Part shown: positions 1-7,992 of the stretch, in pieces
Layout of the letters: the number at the start of each line of letters is the position of its first letter
How positions within the stretch are numbered: the stretch's first letter is position 1
NCBI GenBank assembly: GCA_024404825.1
Contig: JAKSPM010000001.1
Location: 1 to 60,370, forward strand
Length of the DNA stretch: 60,370 nucleotides
Origin: Clostridia bacterium
Lineage (GTDB): Bacteria > Bacillota > Clostridia > Oscillospirales > Oscillospiraceae
Direction: 5' to 3'
Position numbers and translations under genes: made by a program
Notes under the pieces: generated by a model
What the model saw: the letters and a program-made list of their open reading frames with translations, nothing else
Database searches by the model: none
Told to the model about the DNA's origin: nothing

Positions 1-127
1 GTGCCCCCGTATAGCCGACACTTCCGCCGATAATCAAGATGCGGCCATAATCGCCCTTGTGAGTATCGTCCTCACGTTTTGGGAGGTATCTCCGAACGGA
101 TTCTTGTGTGATCGTAAACTTTATCAT
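1..127 (-). CDS. NAD(P)H-hydrate dehydratase (YjeF C-terminal, carbohydrate-kinase type), first 42 codons only; the gene runs off the window
   Basis: My own minus-strand translation from ATG 127-125 gives MIKFTITQESVRRYLPKREDDTHKGDYGRILIIGGSVGYTGA. The HKGDYGR..IGGS.GYTGA pattern is the typical N-terminus of this family. The ORF is truncated and so is absent from the ORF track. Confidence 0.55.
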   Translation of the reverse strand, partial: MIKFTITQESVRRYLPKREDDTHKGDYGRILIIGGSVGYTGA

Positions 128-159
128 AACTGCTCTCCCACTCACAATCTGTTTTTTTC

Positions 160-188
160 ATTATAGAGCTAAAGAGTTCAAATTTCAA
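160..188 (-). promoter_or_regulatory. sigma-A type promoter for the truncated dehydratase gene
   Basis: The minus strand reads TTGAAA (188-183), a 17-nt spacer, then TATAAT (165-160), about 33 nt upstream of the ATG at 127. Confidence 0.5.
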
Positions 189-488
189 CATTCCCCCGGT
201 TGTACTGGAAAATGCAGGCTTTTTTTATAACACGCGAGTAACGTCATGTAGCAGGACAAGCAGACAAAAAGTTTGTAAAAACCAAAATCTGATATTTTTC
301 GATGCAATGACGAGAATCAGAATCGTACTTTAGCCCAAAATATGCTTCTGCTCATAGGCCGCAATTAATTCTTTCGAACACAGTTCATCTTTATGCGGCT
401 AATTCTGCTTGTTCTCCTTTGAATCGAGCATTTTCCATTACACCATTTTCAAATAATCGCAATTTCTCTGTCAGTTTCCCCAACTCTG

Positions 489-525
489 TAAAAAGCTCCG
501 CCGCAGATACAGATCTGCGGCGGAG
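489..525 (-). terminator. intrinsic terminator of the radical SAM gene
   Basis: A 13-bp perfect stem (CTCCGCCGCAGAT / ATCTGCGGCGGAG) with a 4-nt loop is followed on the minus strand by CTTTTT. It starts 15 nt after the stop at 540. Confidence 0.7.
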
Positions 526-539
526 AAGGGCTTTTGAAC

Positions 540-2297
540 TTACAGATAAGATGCCATATTTTTGATGCGGAATTTTCCGTCCTCGCCCAGCATCACATAA
601 GAAACCGTCTTTCCCGGTCGGTAGTCTTCGATTGCTTTACCGGCAAAGTAATCGTCTGCAGAAAATCCGAATTCTGCAACCTGTGCGGCAGGAGTGCCAT
701 TCTCCGCATTAGGGAATCTGCATATGCCGATAAAACGTGCAACTTCCTTTAGTAGCTCAAAGCGGCTGTCATCGGTGAAGCAGCTGAGAAATCTGTCCTT
801 CTGTGCAAGCAGCATCGGTGTATGGTAGGTGTCGCTGCCCTGATCAGCAAGCGGACGTAGCAGCTCCTCATTTGCCGCTGCCCAATCATAGTACATTTCA
901 ACCGATAGTCTGTCAGCATAGCGGGTATCTTTCAGATAGCGGTAAATCGGCTTAAATGCTTCAAAGGTAGTCATGAACATATTCAGATAGCGCAAACGCT
1001 GACGCAGTGATGTAGTGTACTCATAGAACTGCGAAAACAGCTTTGGATATGCACTGATCAGATCCGCACAGGCTGTCGCGCCGAAATTGCCGACCAAATT
1101 CGGCGTAAAGCTATTCTTGGAAAGCTCATCTCTGTACTGATTGTGCAGTTCCGTGCCGGGAAGGAACGTGCAAAGGTGCATATCCACTTCTAATCCGGGA
1201 ATCATCACAAGATCCGCACACAGATCAATCGTCTGTGAGAGATCTTCTTCCGTTTCCTGCGGGAAACCGTAAATGAATGATGTAACAACGGAAATTCCCT
1301 TGCTGCAGATGGAAGCAAGCCGTTCCGCAATTTCATCAAGTTTTAGATTTTTGTTGACAAGTTTCTGCATTCTCGGAGAGCCGGTTTCGACACCGAAAAA
1401 GATGTTCGTCATACCTGCATCGTGCATTGCATCGATCAGCTCTTCGTCAATGCAATCCATTCTTGCACTGCAGTACCACGTAATCGGGAAATCCAGTTCT
1501 TTGATCATCTTGCAGATTTTCAGAACCTTTATCTTGTTCATCGTAAACATATCGTGCTCAAAGATGAACCGGTTGGCACCGAACTGCTCGTGCAGCGTTT
1601 TGATTTCTTCGACAATACGCTCCGCGCTTTTCAGGCGGTAATGCTGATGCCAAAAGCTCTTTGTGCTACAATAAGTGCAGGCGAACGGACACCCTCTGCC
1701 GACATCGACAGAGAAGGTTTTCTTACGGTTTTTGCCTGCCTTCATCAGTGAGAAGTCAATCGTTGGCAAACTGTCGAGATCGTCAATCATAGGCGGACGC
1801 TCGTTGATCACCAGACGTCCGTCACGCATAAACGCAAGTCCTTGGATTGTCTCGTCTGGTTTGCCTTCAAGCAATGACCGGAAAAACGGCACGACGGTCG
1901 TTTCACCCTCTCCGCGGCAAATATAGTCGATCCAGGGAAGATTCTGTAAGGTGTCTTCTGCGCAGAGATCAGACTGCGGCCCGCCAAAAATGATATAGAG
2001 GTTCGGGTGATTCTCTTTCAGGCGCTGAGCAAGCTTGATTTCCAGATGGTACATATCACATCTGGTATAAAATGAAACGATGGAAGCACCCGTTTCAAGA
2101 ATGCACGCTTCCATGGTCTGTAAAAAGGATTCCAGCTGACCTGCGCCCTGATCTTCAGCGTCACAGTCCCATCTGAGGTGAACAATTTCGCTCTCGATCC
2201 CGGCCTTTCTGAGGATCGTTGCAAGGATCAGCGTTCCAATCGGTTCAGAACGGTAGGATTCGGAATAATTCGGTGTTACAAAGACTACATTTGACAA
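540..2297 (-). CDS. B12-binding-domain radical SAM protein (class B), 585 aa, with a C-terminal extension of about 150 aa of unknown function
   Basis: ORF track. The CxxxCxxC cluster is in VGRGCPFACTYCS, and the N-terminal Rossmann-like segment (VSFYTRCDMY..IIFGGPQ) is typical of the cobalamin-binding domain. TTG start with GGAG 9 nt upstream. Confidence 0.7.
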   Translation of the reverse strand: MSNVVFVTPNYSESYRSEPIGTLILATILRKAGIESEIVHLRWDCDAEDQGAGQLESFLQTMEACILETGASIVSFYTRCDMYHLEIKLAQRLKENHPNLYIIFGGPQSDLCAEDTLQNLPWIDYICRGEGETTVVPFFRSLLEGKPDETIQGLAFMRDGRLVINERPPMIDDLDSLPTIDFSLMKAGKNRKKTFSVDVGRGCPFACTYCSTKSFWHQHYRLKSAERIVEEIKTLHEQFGANRFIFEHDMFTMNKIKVLKICKMIKELDFPITWYCSARMDCIDEELIDAMHDAGMTNIFFGVETGSPRMQKLVNKNLKLDEIAERLASICSKGISVVTSFIYGFPQETEEDLSQTIDLCADLVMIPGLEVDMHLCTFLPGTELHNQYRDELSKNSFTPNLVGNFGATACADLISAYPKLFSQFYEYTTSLRQRLRYLNMFMTTFEAFKPIYRYLKDTRYADRLSVEMYYDWAAANEELLRPLADQGSDTYHTPMLLAQKDRFLSCFTDDSRFELLKEVARFIGICRFPNAENGTPAAQVAEFGFSADDYFAGKAIEDYRPGKTVSYVMLGEDGKFRIKNMASYL

Positions 2298-2360
2298 TGT
2301 GTCTCACTCCAATCTGTATGTCGTTTGCAATTTTACACAACAACTCATATGATATAATGT

Positions 2361-2390
2361 ATTATATCTTCTAGATTGTTAAAATGTCAA
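2361..2390 (-). promoter_or_regulatory. sigma-A type promoter of the radical SAM gene
   Basis: The minus strand reads TTGACA (2390-2385), an 18-nt spacer, then TATAAT (2366-2361). Confidence 0.5.
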
Positions 2391-2458
2391 CACAAAAACG
2401 ATTCCCACAGTGATTGACCTCGTAGATAGAAAAAGAAAACATATACTGCAGATTTTCC

Positions 2459-2487
2459 TTGCAAGTCAGCAGAAAATATGATAAAAT
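2459..2487 (+). promoter_or_regulatory. sigma-A type promoter of the pheST leader
   Basis: TTGCAA (2459-2464), a 17-nt spacer, then TAAAAT (2482-2487), preceded by TGa (extended -10). Confidence 0.5.
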
Positions 2488-2499
2488 ATAACTCGATAT

Positions 2500-2740
2500 G
2501 GAAATGCGATGATCGGGCTGTCTGATTTTCGAAAAAACGGCTGCAGAGAGGGCGGGATGCTGTGATCCGCCTGCCGTGGAATGAGGGCCTTCTCCCGGGA
2601 GCTGCCGCCTGAACTTTCAGTAGGGTGTGCCGGGTCACTCCGTTAAAGGTATTAAGCGCGCCGTTTGGCGAATTGCGGGTGGTACCGCGGAAGAGCAGTC
2701 TTTCGTCCCCTTTTGTGGACGGAGGGCTTTTTTTATTTCG
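2500..2740 (+). promoter_or_regulatory. T-box leader (tRNA-Phe sensing) with terminator
   Basis: The canonical T-box sequence AATTGCGGGTGGTACCGCGG lies at 2671-2690. It is followed by the terminator CGTCC..GGACG plus GGGCTTTTTTTATTT (2704-2738). Upstream are GCGATGA (K-turn-like), an AGAGA box, and a candidate specifier UUC followed by A in GAACTTTCAGTAGG (about 2611-2625). It sits directly upstream of pheS. Confidence 0.8.
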
Positions 2741-2770
2741 GATTTTATTCAGAAGGAGATTCTATTGTTT

Positions 2771-3799
2771 ATGAAAGAAATGCTTGAACAAATCAGAGTT
2801 CGCGCGCTGGACGCATTGGATGCCGCGCAGGATTCCAATGAGTTAGAGGCGCTGCGCGTTCAGCTGCTCGGCAAAAAGGGCGAATTGACCGCCGTTTTGA
2901 AGCAGATGGGCGGCCTGTCGGCAGAAGAACGCCCCGTCATGGGTCAGCTTGCAAACAATGTCCGCGCCGACATCGAAAAGAAGTTAGAGGCGCGCAAGGT
3001 TGAGCTGAAGGCAAAGGCGCTTGAGGAAAAGCTCAAGGCCGAAGCCATTGACATCACCATCCCCGGCGATCCCGTTTCCCTCGGCCACAAGCACCCGATG
3101 AACAAGGCGCTTGACGAGGCAAAGGAAATCTTCATCGGCATGGGCTTCCAGATCTTAGAGGGTCCCGAAGTCGAGCTTGCAGAATACAACTTCACCAAGC
3201 TCAACACCGAAGAAGGCCATCCGGCAAGAGACCGCAGTGATACGTTCTATATCACAGATGACGACTCCGTGCTTCTGCGCACGCAGACTTCCCCGATGCA
3301 GATCCGCGCAATGGAGGCGATCAAGAATCCTCCCATCCGCGTGCTGGCTCCCGGCCGCGTCTACCGCAAGGACGAGGTCGATGCGACCCACTCCCCGATG
3401 TTCCATCAGATCGAAGGCCTTGTCATCGACAAGGGCATCACGATGGCTGACCTCAAGGGCACGCTCGTCACACTGGTCAAGTCTCTCTACGGCGAGGATG
3501 CCGTGACCCGCTTCCGTCCGCACCACTTCCCGTTCACTGAACCGAGCTGTGAGGTTGACGTGCAGTGCTTCAAGTGCCACGGTGCAGGCTGCCCCACCTG
3601 TAAGGGTGAAGGCTGGATCGAGCTGCTCGGTGCCGGCATGGTGCATCCGAAGGTTTTGGAAAACTGCGGCATTGACCCCGAGGTCTATTCGGGCTTCGCC
3701 TTCGGCATCGGCCTGGAGCGTATGGCAATGCGCCGCTTCCGGATTTCCGACCTTCGTTTGATTTTTGAGAACGATGTTCGGTTCCTGGAGCAGTTCTGA
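2771..3799 (+). CDS. pheS: phenylalanine--tRNA ligase alpha subunit
   Basis: ORF 2627-3799 trimmed to ATG 2771 (MKEMLEQIRVRALDAL), because the upstream part overlaps the T-box terminator. Class II motifs are present (FRPHHFPFTEPS, GFAFGIGLERMAM). Confidence 0.92.
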   Translation: MKEMLEQIRVRALDALDAAQDSNELEALRVQLLGKKGELTAVLKQMGGLSAEERPVMGQLANNVRADIEKKLEARKVELKAKALEEKLKAEAIDITIPGDPVSLGHKHPMNKALDEAKEIFIGMGFQILEGPEVELAEYNFTKLNTEEGHPARDRSDTFYITDDDSVLLRTQTSPMQIRAMEAIKNPPIRVLAPGRVYRKDEVDATHSPMFHQIEGLVIDKGITMADLKGTLVTLVKSLYGEDAVTRFRPHHFPFTEPSCEVDVQCFKCHGAGCPTCKGEGWIELLGAGMVHPKVLENCGIDPEVYSGFAFGIGLERMAMRRFRISDLRLIFENDVRFLEQF

Positions 3800-3812
3800 G
3801 GAGGGTTAAAGT

Positions 3813-6197
3813 ATGAATATTTCGAGAAAATGGCTCAAAGAGTTTGTGGACATCGAAGCCACAGACCGTGAATATGCTGAAATCATGACCATCGCCGGTC
3901 AGAAGGTAGAATCCTATGCCCGGATGGACGACGAGATCAAGAATGTCGTTGTCGGTAAGGTCTTATCCATTGTCCGCCACGAAAATTCCGACCATATGTG
4001 GGTCTGTCAGATCGACATCGGAGAAAACGAGCCCGTGCAGATCGTCACCGGCGCGCAGAACGTCCATGAGGGTGACCTTGTTCCCGCCTGCCTGCATAAC
4101 AGTTACCTGCCCGGCGGCGTTCATATCACCAAGGGCAAGCTCCGCGGTGTGCTTTCCTGTGGTATGCTATGCTCCTTTGCAGAGCTCGGTCTGACGCAGA
4201 ACGATGTCCCCGGCGCTTATGCCGACGGCATCTGGATCCTCAATGACGAGGACTGCCATGTCGGTCAGGACATCAACGAGGTCATCGGCAATAACGACAC
4301 CATCGTTGAGTTTGAAATCACCAACAACCGCCCCGACTGCTACAGCCTGCTCGGCCTGGCACGTGAGACCGCAGCTGCGTTCAATGTTCCGATGAAGCAC
4401 CATGAGCCGGTCGTGAAAGGCGGCGGCAAGGGTAATCTTTTCGAGCTGCTGGATGTGGAAGTCGAAGCGGACGACCTTTGCAAGCGCTACTGCGCAAAGA
4501 TGGTACGCAATGTTAAAATCGAGCCGTCTCCCAAGTGGCTGCGTCAGCGTCTGCGCTCGGCAGGCATCCGCCCGATCAACAACATCGTTGACATCACGAA
4601 CTATGTCATGGTCGAATACGGCCAGCCGATGCACGCATTTGACTACCGCTATGTCAAGGGCGTCAAGATTATTGTCCGCCGCGCAGGTGAAGACAAGGAG
4701 CTGACCACGCTCGACGGCAATGTCCGTGCGCTTACCCCCGATATGCTCGTTATCGCAGACGAGACCCGCCCTGTGGGTCTTGCCGGTGTCATGGGCGGCG
4801 AAAATTCCGAGATCGCAGACGACACCGTGGATGTTGTGTTCGAATCCGCAAACTTTGACGGTACCTCCATCCGTAAAACTGCGCTCGCCCTCGGTATGCG
4901 TACCGATTCTTCGGCAAAATTCGAAAAGAACATTGACCCGATGCTGACCCTGCCCGCTGTCAACCGTGCGTGTGAGCTCGTAGAGCTGCTCGGAGCAGGC
5001 GAAGTGCTCGACGGCATCATCGATGTGATCAACTATGTTCCCGAACCTTACGAAATGCCCCTGGAGCCTGAAAAGATCAACGCCCTGCTCGGCACAAACA
5101 TCTCCACTGAAGATATGATCGAATATCTGCGCCGCGAGGAAGTCCCCGTGGAAGGCATGACGATCAAGGTCCCGTCCTGGCGTCCCGACCTGCGCAGAAT
5201 GGCTGACATTGCAGAAGAAGTCGGCCGCTTCTACGGCTACAACGAAATTGAAACCACCCTCATGCGCGGTGCAACGACCCGCGGCGGCTACTCTAAGTCC
5301 CAGCTTTTGGAAAATGCCGCAGGCGCTACGGCAAGAGCCCTCGGCTTCAATGAGATCATCACCTATTCGTTCGTCTCCCCGAGCATCTTCGACATGGTGA
5401 GAGTTCCTGCCGATTCTCCCCTGCGCAACACCATCAAGATTCAAAATCCGCTCGGCGAGGACACCTCGGTCATGCGTACCATCGCCCTGCCCTCCCTGCT
5501 GGATATTTTGAGTCGCAACTATGCACATCACAATAAGTCTGCAAAGCTTTATGAGCTGGCAAAGATTTACCTTCCCAAGGACGGCGAGCCTCTTCCCGAA
5601 GAACCCAAGCGCTTCCTGCTCGGCTCCTACGGTGCAAAGGAGACCTTCTTCTCCCTCAAGGGTGAGGTGGAGGCTCTGCTGGACGCACTTAATGTCAAGG
5701 AGCATGAATATGTTGCCATCACCGACCATCCGAGCTATCATCCCGGCCGCTGTGCCGCTTTGATGATTGACGGCAAGCAGTATGGCATCCTCGGTCAGAT
5801 CCATCCTCTGGTGGCGCAAAATTACGGCATTTCCGATGAAATCTTCGTAGCGGAGCTCGACTTTACCGAGCTGCAAAGCGAGCTTGCCGACGAACGCACC
5901 TTCAAGGCACTTCCGAAGTTCCCGTCCGTTGCACGTGACCTTGCCGTTGTCTGTGATGAAGCGGTCACCGTTGCGGCACTGGAAGGGTGCATCAAGTCTG
6001 CTGCCGGAAAGCTTCTCAAGGGTATCAACCTCTTTGATATCTACCGCGGCACCGGCATCCCCGAGGGCAAGAAGTCTACCGCATTCAGCCTCGTGCTGCG
6101 CAGCGATGACCACACCCTGACAGACGCCGACATCGACCCCGTTATGGAAAGCGTTCTCAAGGCCTTGGCCGAAAAACTCAACGCCGTTTTGAGATAA
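3813..6197 (+). CDS. pheT: phenylalanine--tRNA ligase beta subunit
   Basis: 794-aa ORF immediately after pheS. It has an N-terminal tRNA-binding domain (MNISRKWLKEFV), B3/4 and B5 regions, and a C-terminal FDX-ACB-like domain. Confidence 0.92.
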   Translation: MNISRKWLKEFVDIEATDREYAEIMTIAGQKVESYARMDDEIKNVVVGKVLSIVRHENSDHMWVCQIDIGENEPVQIVTGAQNVHEGDLVPACLHNSYLPGGVHITKGKLRGVLSCGMLCSFAELGLTQNDVPGAYADGIWILNDEDCHVGQDINEVIGNNDTIVEFEITNNRPDCYSLLGLARETAAAFNVPMKHHEPVVKGGGKGNLFELLDVEVEADDLCKRYCAKMVRNVKIEPSPKWLRQRLRSAGIRPINNIVDITNYVMVEYGQPMHAFDYRYVKGVKIIVRRAGEDKELTTLDGNVRALTPDMLVIADETRPVGLAGVMGGENSEIADDTVDVVFESANFDGTSIRKTALALGMRTDSSAKFEKNIDPMLTLPAVNRACELVELLGAGEVLDGIIDVINYVPEPYEMPLEPEKINALLGTNISTEDMIEYLRREEVPVEGMTIKVPSWRPDLRRMADIAEEVGRFYGYNEIETTLMRGATTRGGYSKSQLLENAAGATARALGFNEIITYSFVSPSIFDMVRVPADSPLRNTIKIQNPLGEDTSVMRTIALPSLLDILSRNYAHHNKSAKLYELAKIYLPKDGEPLPEEPKRFLLGSYGAKETFFSLKGEVEALLDALNVKEHEYVAITDHPSYHPGRCAALMIDGKQYGILGQIHPLVAQNYGISDEIFVAELDFTELQSELADERTFKALPKFPSVARDLAVVCDEAVTVAALEGCIKSAAGKLLKGINLFDIYRGTGIPEGKKSTAFSLVLRSDDHTLTDADIDPVMESVLKALAEKLNAVLR

Positions 6198-6263
6198 GGA
6201 AGATATTTCCGGCGCAAAACCGACACAATTTGCCCGAATTTGCTTGTTGTTCTTGACAAGTCG

Positions 6264-6272
6264 TGCTATAAT
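6264..6272 (+). promoter_or_regulatory. possible extended -10 promoter element (TGcTATAAT)
   Basis: TGCTATAAT lies 32 nt upstream of the ATG at 6305. No good -35 at correct spacing. Confidence 0.3.
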
Positions 6273-6304
6273 GAACAAAATCGACCGATTGTGAGGGATT
6301 TTTC

Positions 6305-6943
6305 ATGGTACAGAATTTCAGAAGCGCTCTTCACGGCTTCAACCGCGAGGATGTTGTGCGCTTTATGGAGCAGAATACACAGATGCATGAGCAGGAGCTC
6401 AGAAAAAAAGACGGCGAGATCGAACGCTTGCAGGAAGACCTCAAGCAGACGCAGGACGCATTGCAGGTCATGACGGAGGAAAATGCCCGTCTGCATGAGC
6501 TGCTTTCCAATGCGACAGCCGCAGTTCCCGAGAAAGAAACCGCACCCGAAATTGAAGATATCTTCGATTTTGAGGCACCCACCGAGGAAAACGCTCCCGC
6601 CGATCCCTTGGACTGCCCCATCACCCCGACCGTTGAGCAGACGCCGCCGGAGCCGCGCGAGGATGTGGCACAGATGGAGCTGACCGCTTATCGCCGCGCT
6701 GAAATGACCGAGCGTATCGCAAGAGAGCGCGCCAATGCCGTTTACGATCAGATCGCAAATGTGTTTGAGCAGTCCACCGTGAAGCTGACCGACACCCATC
6801 AGGACATGGATGTGATGGCGGCTACCGTGCAGGCAAATCTGCGCCAGCTGGAATCCATGCTCGACAATCTTCGCGCTGTCTATGCAGAGACGAACGACGC
6901 CTTCCGCACCGTCAGCGAATCGGCTGTCTATCCGCCGGAATAA
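6305..6943 (+). CDS. DivIVA-domain coiled-coil protein
   Basis: The N-terminus FRSALHGFNREDVVRFMEQ resembles the DivIVA F..GFRGY..EVD.FL motif. A long heptad-like Glu/Leu/Gln-rich region follows. Confidence 0.55.
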   Translation: MVQNFRSALHGFNREDVVRFMEQNTQMHEQELRKKDGEIERLQEDLKQTQDALQVMTEENARLHELLSNATAAVPEKETAPEIEDIFDFEAPTEENAPADPLDCPITPTVEQTPPEPREDVAQMELTAYRRAEMTERIARERANAVYDQIANVFEQSTVKLTDTHQDMDVMAATVQANLRQLESMLDNLRAVYAETNDAFRTVSESAVYPPE

Positions 6944-6959
6944 ATCGAAATATGTACAG

Positions 6960-6997
6960 AAAACAGGAGTCTGTAAGCGCAGGCTCCTGTTTTTTTC
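6960..6997 (+). terminator. intrinsic terminator after the DivIVA-like gene
   Basis: AAA-ACAGGAGTCTG-taagcg-CAGGCTCCTGT-TTTTTTT: an 11-bp stem with one G.U pair, then a 7-T run. Confidence 0.75.
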
Positions 6998-7009
6998 GTT
7001 GTTTTTTAC

Positions 7010-7038
7010 TTGCACACCTCCGAAAACTGTGCTATACT
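7010..7038 (+). promoter_or_regulatory. orphan sigma-A type promoter
   Basis: TTGCAC (7010-7015), a 17-nt spacer, then TATACT (7033-7038), preceded by TGc. It lies between two terminators and has no ORF start downstream for about 245 nt. Confidence 0.45.
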
Positions 7039-7043
7039 TTTCT

Positions 7044-7154
7044 TGCCACACAACTTTATATGAGCCGTAGAACAAGTGTGTATTTTTATACCTTTGGTAA
7101 AAATACACGCTCATTTCCGCATACTTGTTCGTATGGCTTGGAAGTTGTGTGGCA
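7044..7154 (+). ncRNA. candidate structured RNA: a 111-nt long imperfect hairpin (small RNA or cis-leader); class unknown
   Basis: Three stacked helices. TGCCACACAACTT (7044-7056) pairs with AAGTTGTGTGGCA (7142-7154). AGCCGTAGAACAAGT pairs with ACTTGTTCgTATGGCT. GTGTATTTTTA pairs with TAAAAATACAC around the loop TACCTTTGG. There is a 14-nt asymmetric bulge, GCTCATTTCCGCAT. The hairpin begins 6 nt after the -10 box at 7033-7038 and is followed by the terminator at 7178-7210. Confidence 0.35.
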
Positions 7155-7177
7155 GCAATCGGAGCTGTGTATTTTTC

Positions 7178-7210
7178 GTGCGCAGCTTCGGCTGCGCACT
7201 TTTTTATTTT
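7178..7210 (+). terminator. intrinsic terminator
   Basis: GTGCGCAGC-ttcg-GCTGCGCAC followed by TTTTTTATTTT. Confidence 0.75.
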
Positions 7211-7284
7211 CGGAGGTGAAAAACCGACTATCGTATCGCATTATTGTCAATAAAAGCAAACATATTTAAAAAGGAGATACATAC

Positions 7285-7890
7285 ATGAAAAGAATAACCA
7301 GTATAATAATTGTTCTACTAATTGTATTCTCATTTGCTGCCTGTAAAGCAGAAAATGAATCGAGGGTCAATCCCGAATCTTGTGAGCACACTTATTCTTC
7401 AGAAATCACAAAGGCTGCCACCTATGACGAAGAGGGTGAAATTACTTATACTTGTACAAAATGCGGTGATACCCATACCGAACCTCTTGAAAAACTGCCT
7501 CGCCCTGTTGTTTCAAAGGATGATTTGAATGATGCACTGTCAAAAGTAAAATACTATAATGATCCGTTCTCAATTTCGGTCGGTGAATTAGTCAATTCGA
7601 CGATGGACAGCTATTATGTCACCTATTACACCGGCGAAGAAGCAATCGAAAAAGGTCTTATTACAAAGAGTCAGATTGCCAGTTCTGTAGATATAAACTT
7701 CTTATATTATGCTGTAATATCCGGCGACACTATGATGAATCCCGATATACCGTATCTGACAGAATATAACGAAAGAGCTTTAGAAGTATGGATGGTGTTC
7801 GACGAAAACAACCGTCTTATTGATTCCGGTGTCAGCGGTATTTGCAGTGATCTGCAAACCTGCGCAATTCTTATTATGACAAGCTTCTAA
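7285..7890 (+). CDS. lipoprotein, function unknown
   Basis: Signal peptide with lipobox (IVFSFAAC). A CxxxxC..CxxC segment (CEHTY..CTKCGDTH). AGGAG RBS 8 nt upstream. Confidence 0.6.
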   Translation: MKRITSIIIVLLIVFSFAACKAENESRVNPESCEHTYSSEITKAATYDEEGEITYTCTKCGDTHTEPLEKLPRPVVSKDDLNDALSKVKYYNDPFSISVGELVNSTMDSYYVTYYTGEEAIEKGLITKSQIASSVDINFLYYAVISGDTMMNPDIPYLTEYNERALEVWMVFDENNRLIDSGVSGICSDLQTCAILIMTSF

Positions 7891-7944
7891 CTATACTTCA
7901 TATAGGCTCCAGTTCAGTGCCCGCTACTGGCGGATATATCAATT

Positions 7945-7978
7945 AGGCGGCAGGCCGAGAGAGTTCGGACTGCCGCCT
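7945..7978. terminator. hairpin between convergent genes (probable bidirectional terminator)
   Basis: AGGCGGCAGGCCGA-gagagt-TCGGACTGCCGCCT between the stops at 7890 (+) and 7993 (-). The flanking T and A tracts are weak. Confidence 0.45.
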
Positions 7979-7992
7979 GTGTTTGTGTTCAT

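Noticed and set aside
240-488. The gene-free stretch downstream of the radical SAM terminator contains coding-looking minus-strand fragments (..GKLTEKLRLFENGVMENARFKGEQAELAA stop, then in another frame DELCSKELIAAYEQKHILG stop). This could be a decayed coiled-coil or transposase-OrfA-like remnant.
   Set aside because: There is no start codon or RBS, the frames are broken, and I cannot match the fragments to any family from memory. The evidence is too weak to annotate as a pseudogene.
2627-2770. N-terminal extension of the pheS ORF in the track (start at 2627). There are similar over-extended starts for atpI (20346), the FkbM gene (27695), the two lipoproteins (35379, 36409), rsmB (46502), gmk (51141), stp (44072) and the aminotransferase (57500).
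   Set aside because: The extensions overlap a T-box terminator, upstream genes or promoters. Internal ATGs with good RBSs give canonical N-termini or lipoprotein signal peptides.
4167-6278. Very long antisense ORFs: 703 aa opposite pheT, 453 aa at 30407-31768 opposite ssnA, 390 aa at 32294-33466 opposite ygfK, 393 aa at 11649-12830, 425 aa at 41286-42563, 506 aa at 53862-55382, 358 aa at 18639-19715 and 278 aa at 23668-24504.
   Set aside because: These are shadow ORFs typical of GC-rich coding regions. Their products are low-complexity (rich in Gly, Asp, Val, Ala, Arg) with no recognisable motifs, whereas the opposite strand encodes unmistakable conserved proteins.
7044-7210. Is the long hairpin RNA a 6S RNA?
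   Set aside because: In 6S RNA the 5' and 3' ends pair, closing a molecule of about 180-200 nt with a large central bubble. Here the long hairpin is only 111 nt, has a one-sided 14-nt bulge, and is followed by a separate terminator hairpin.
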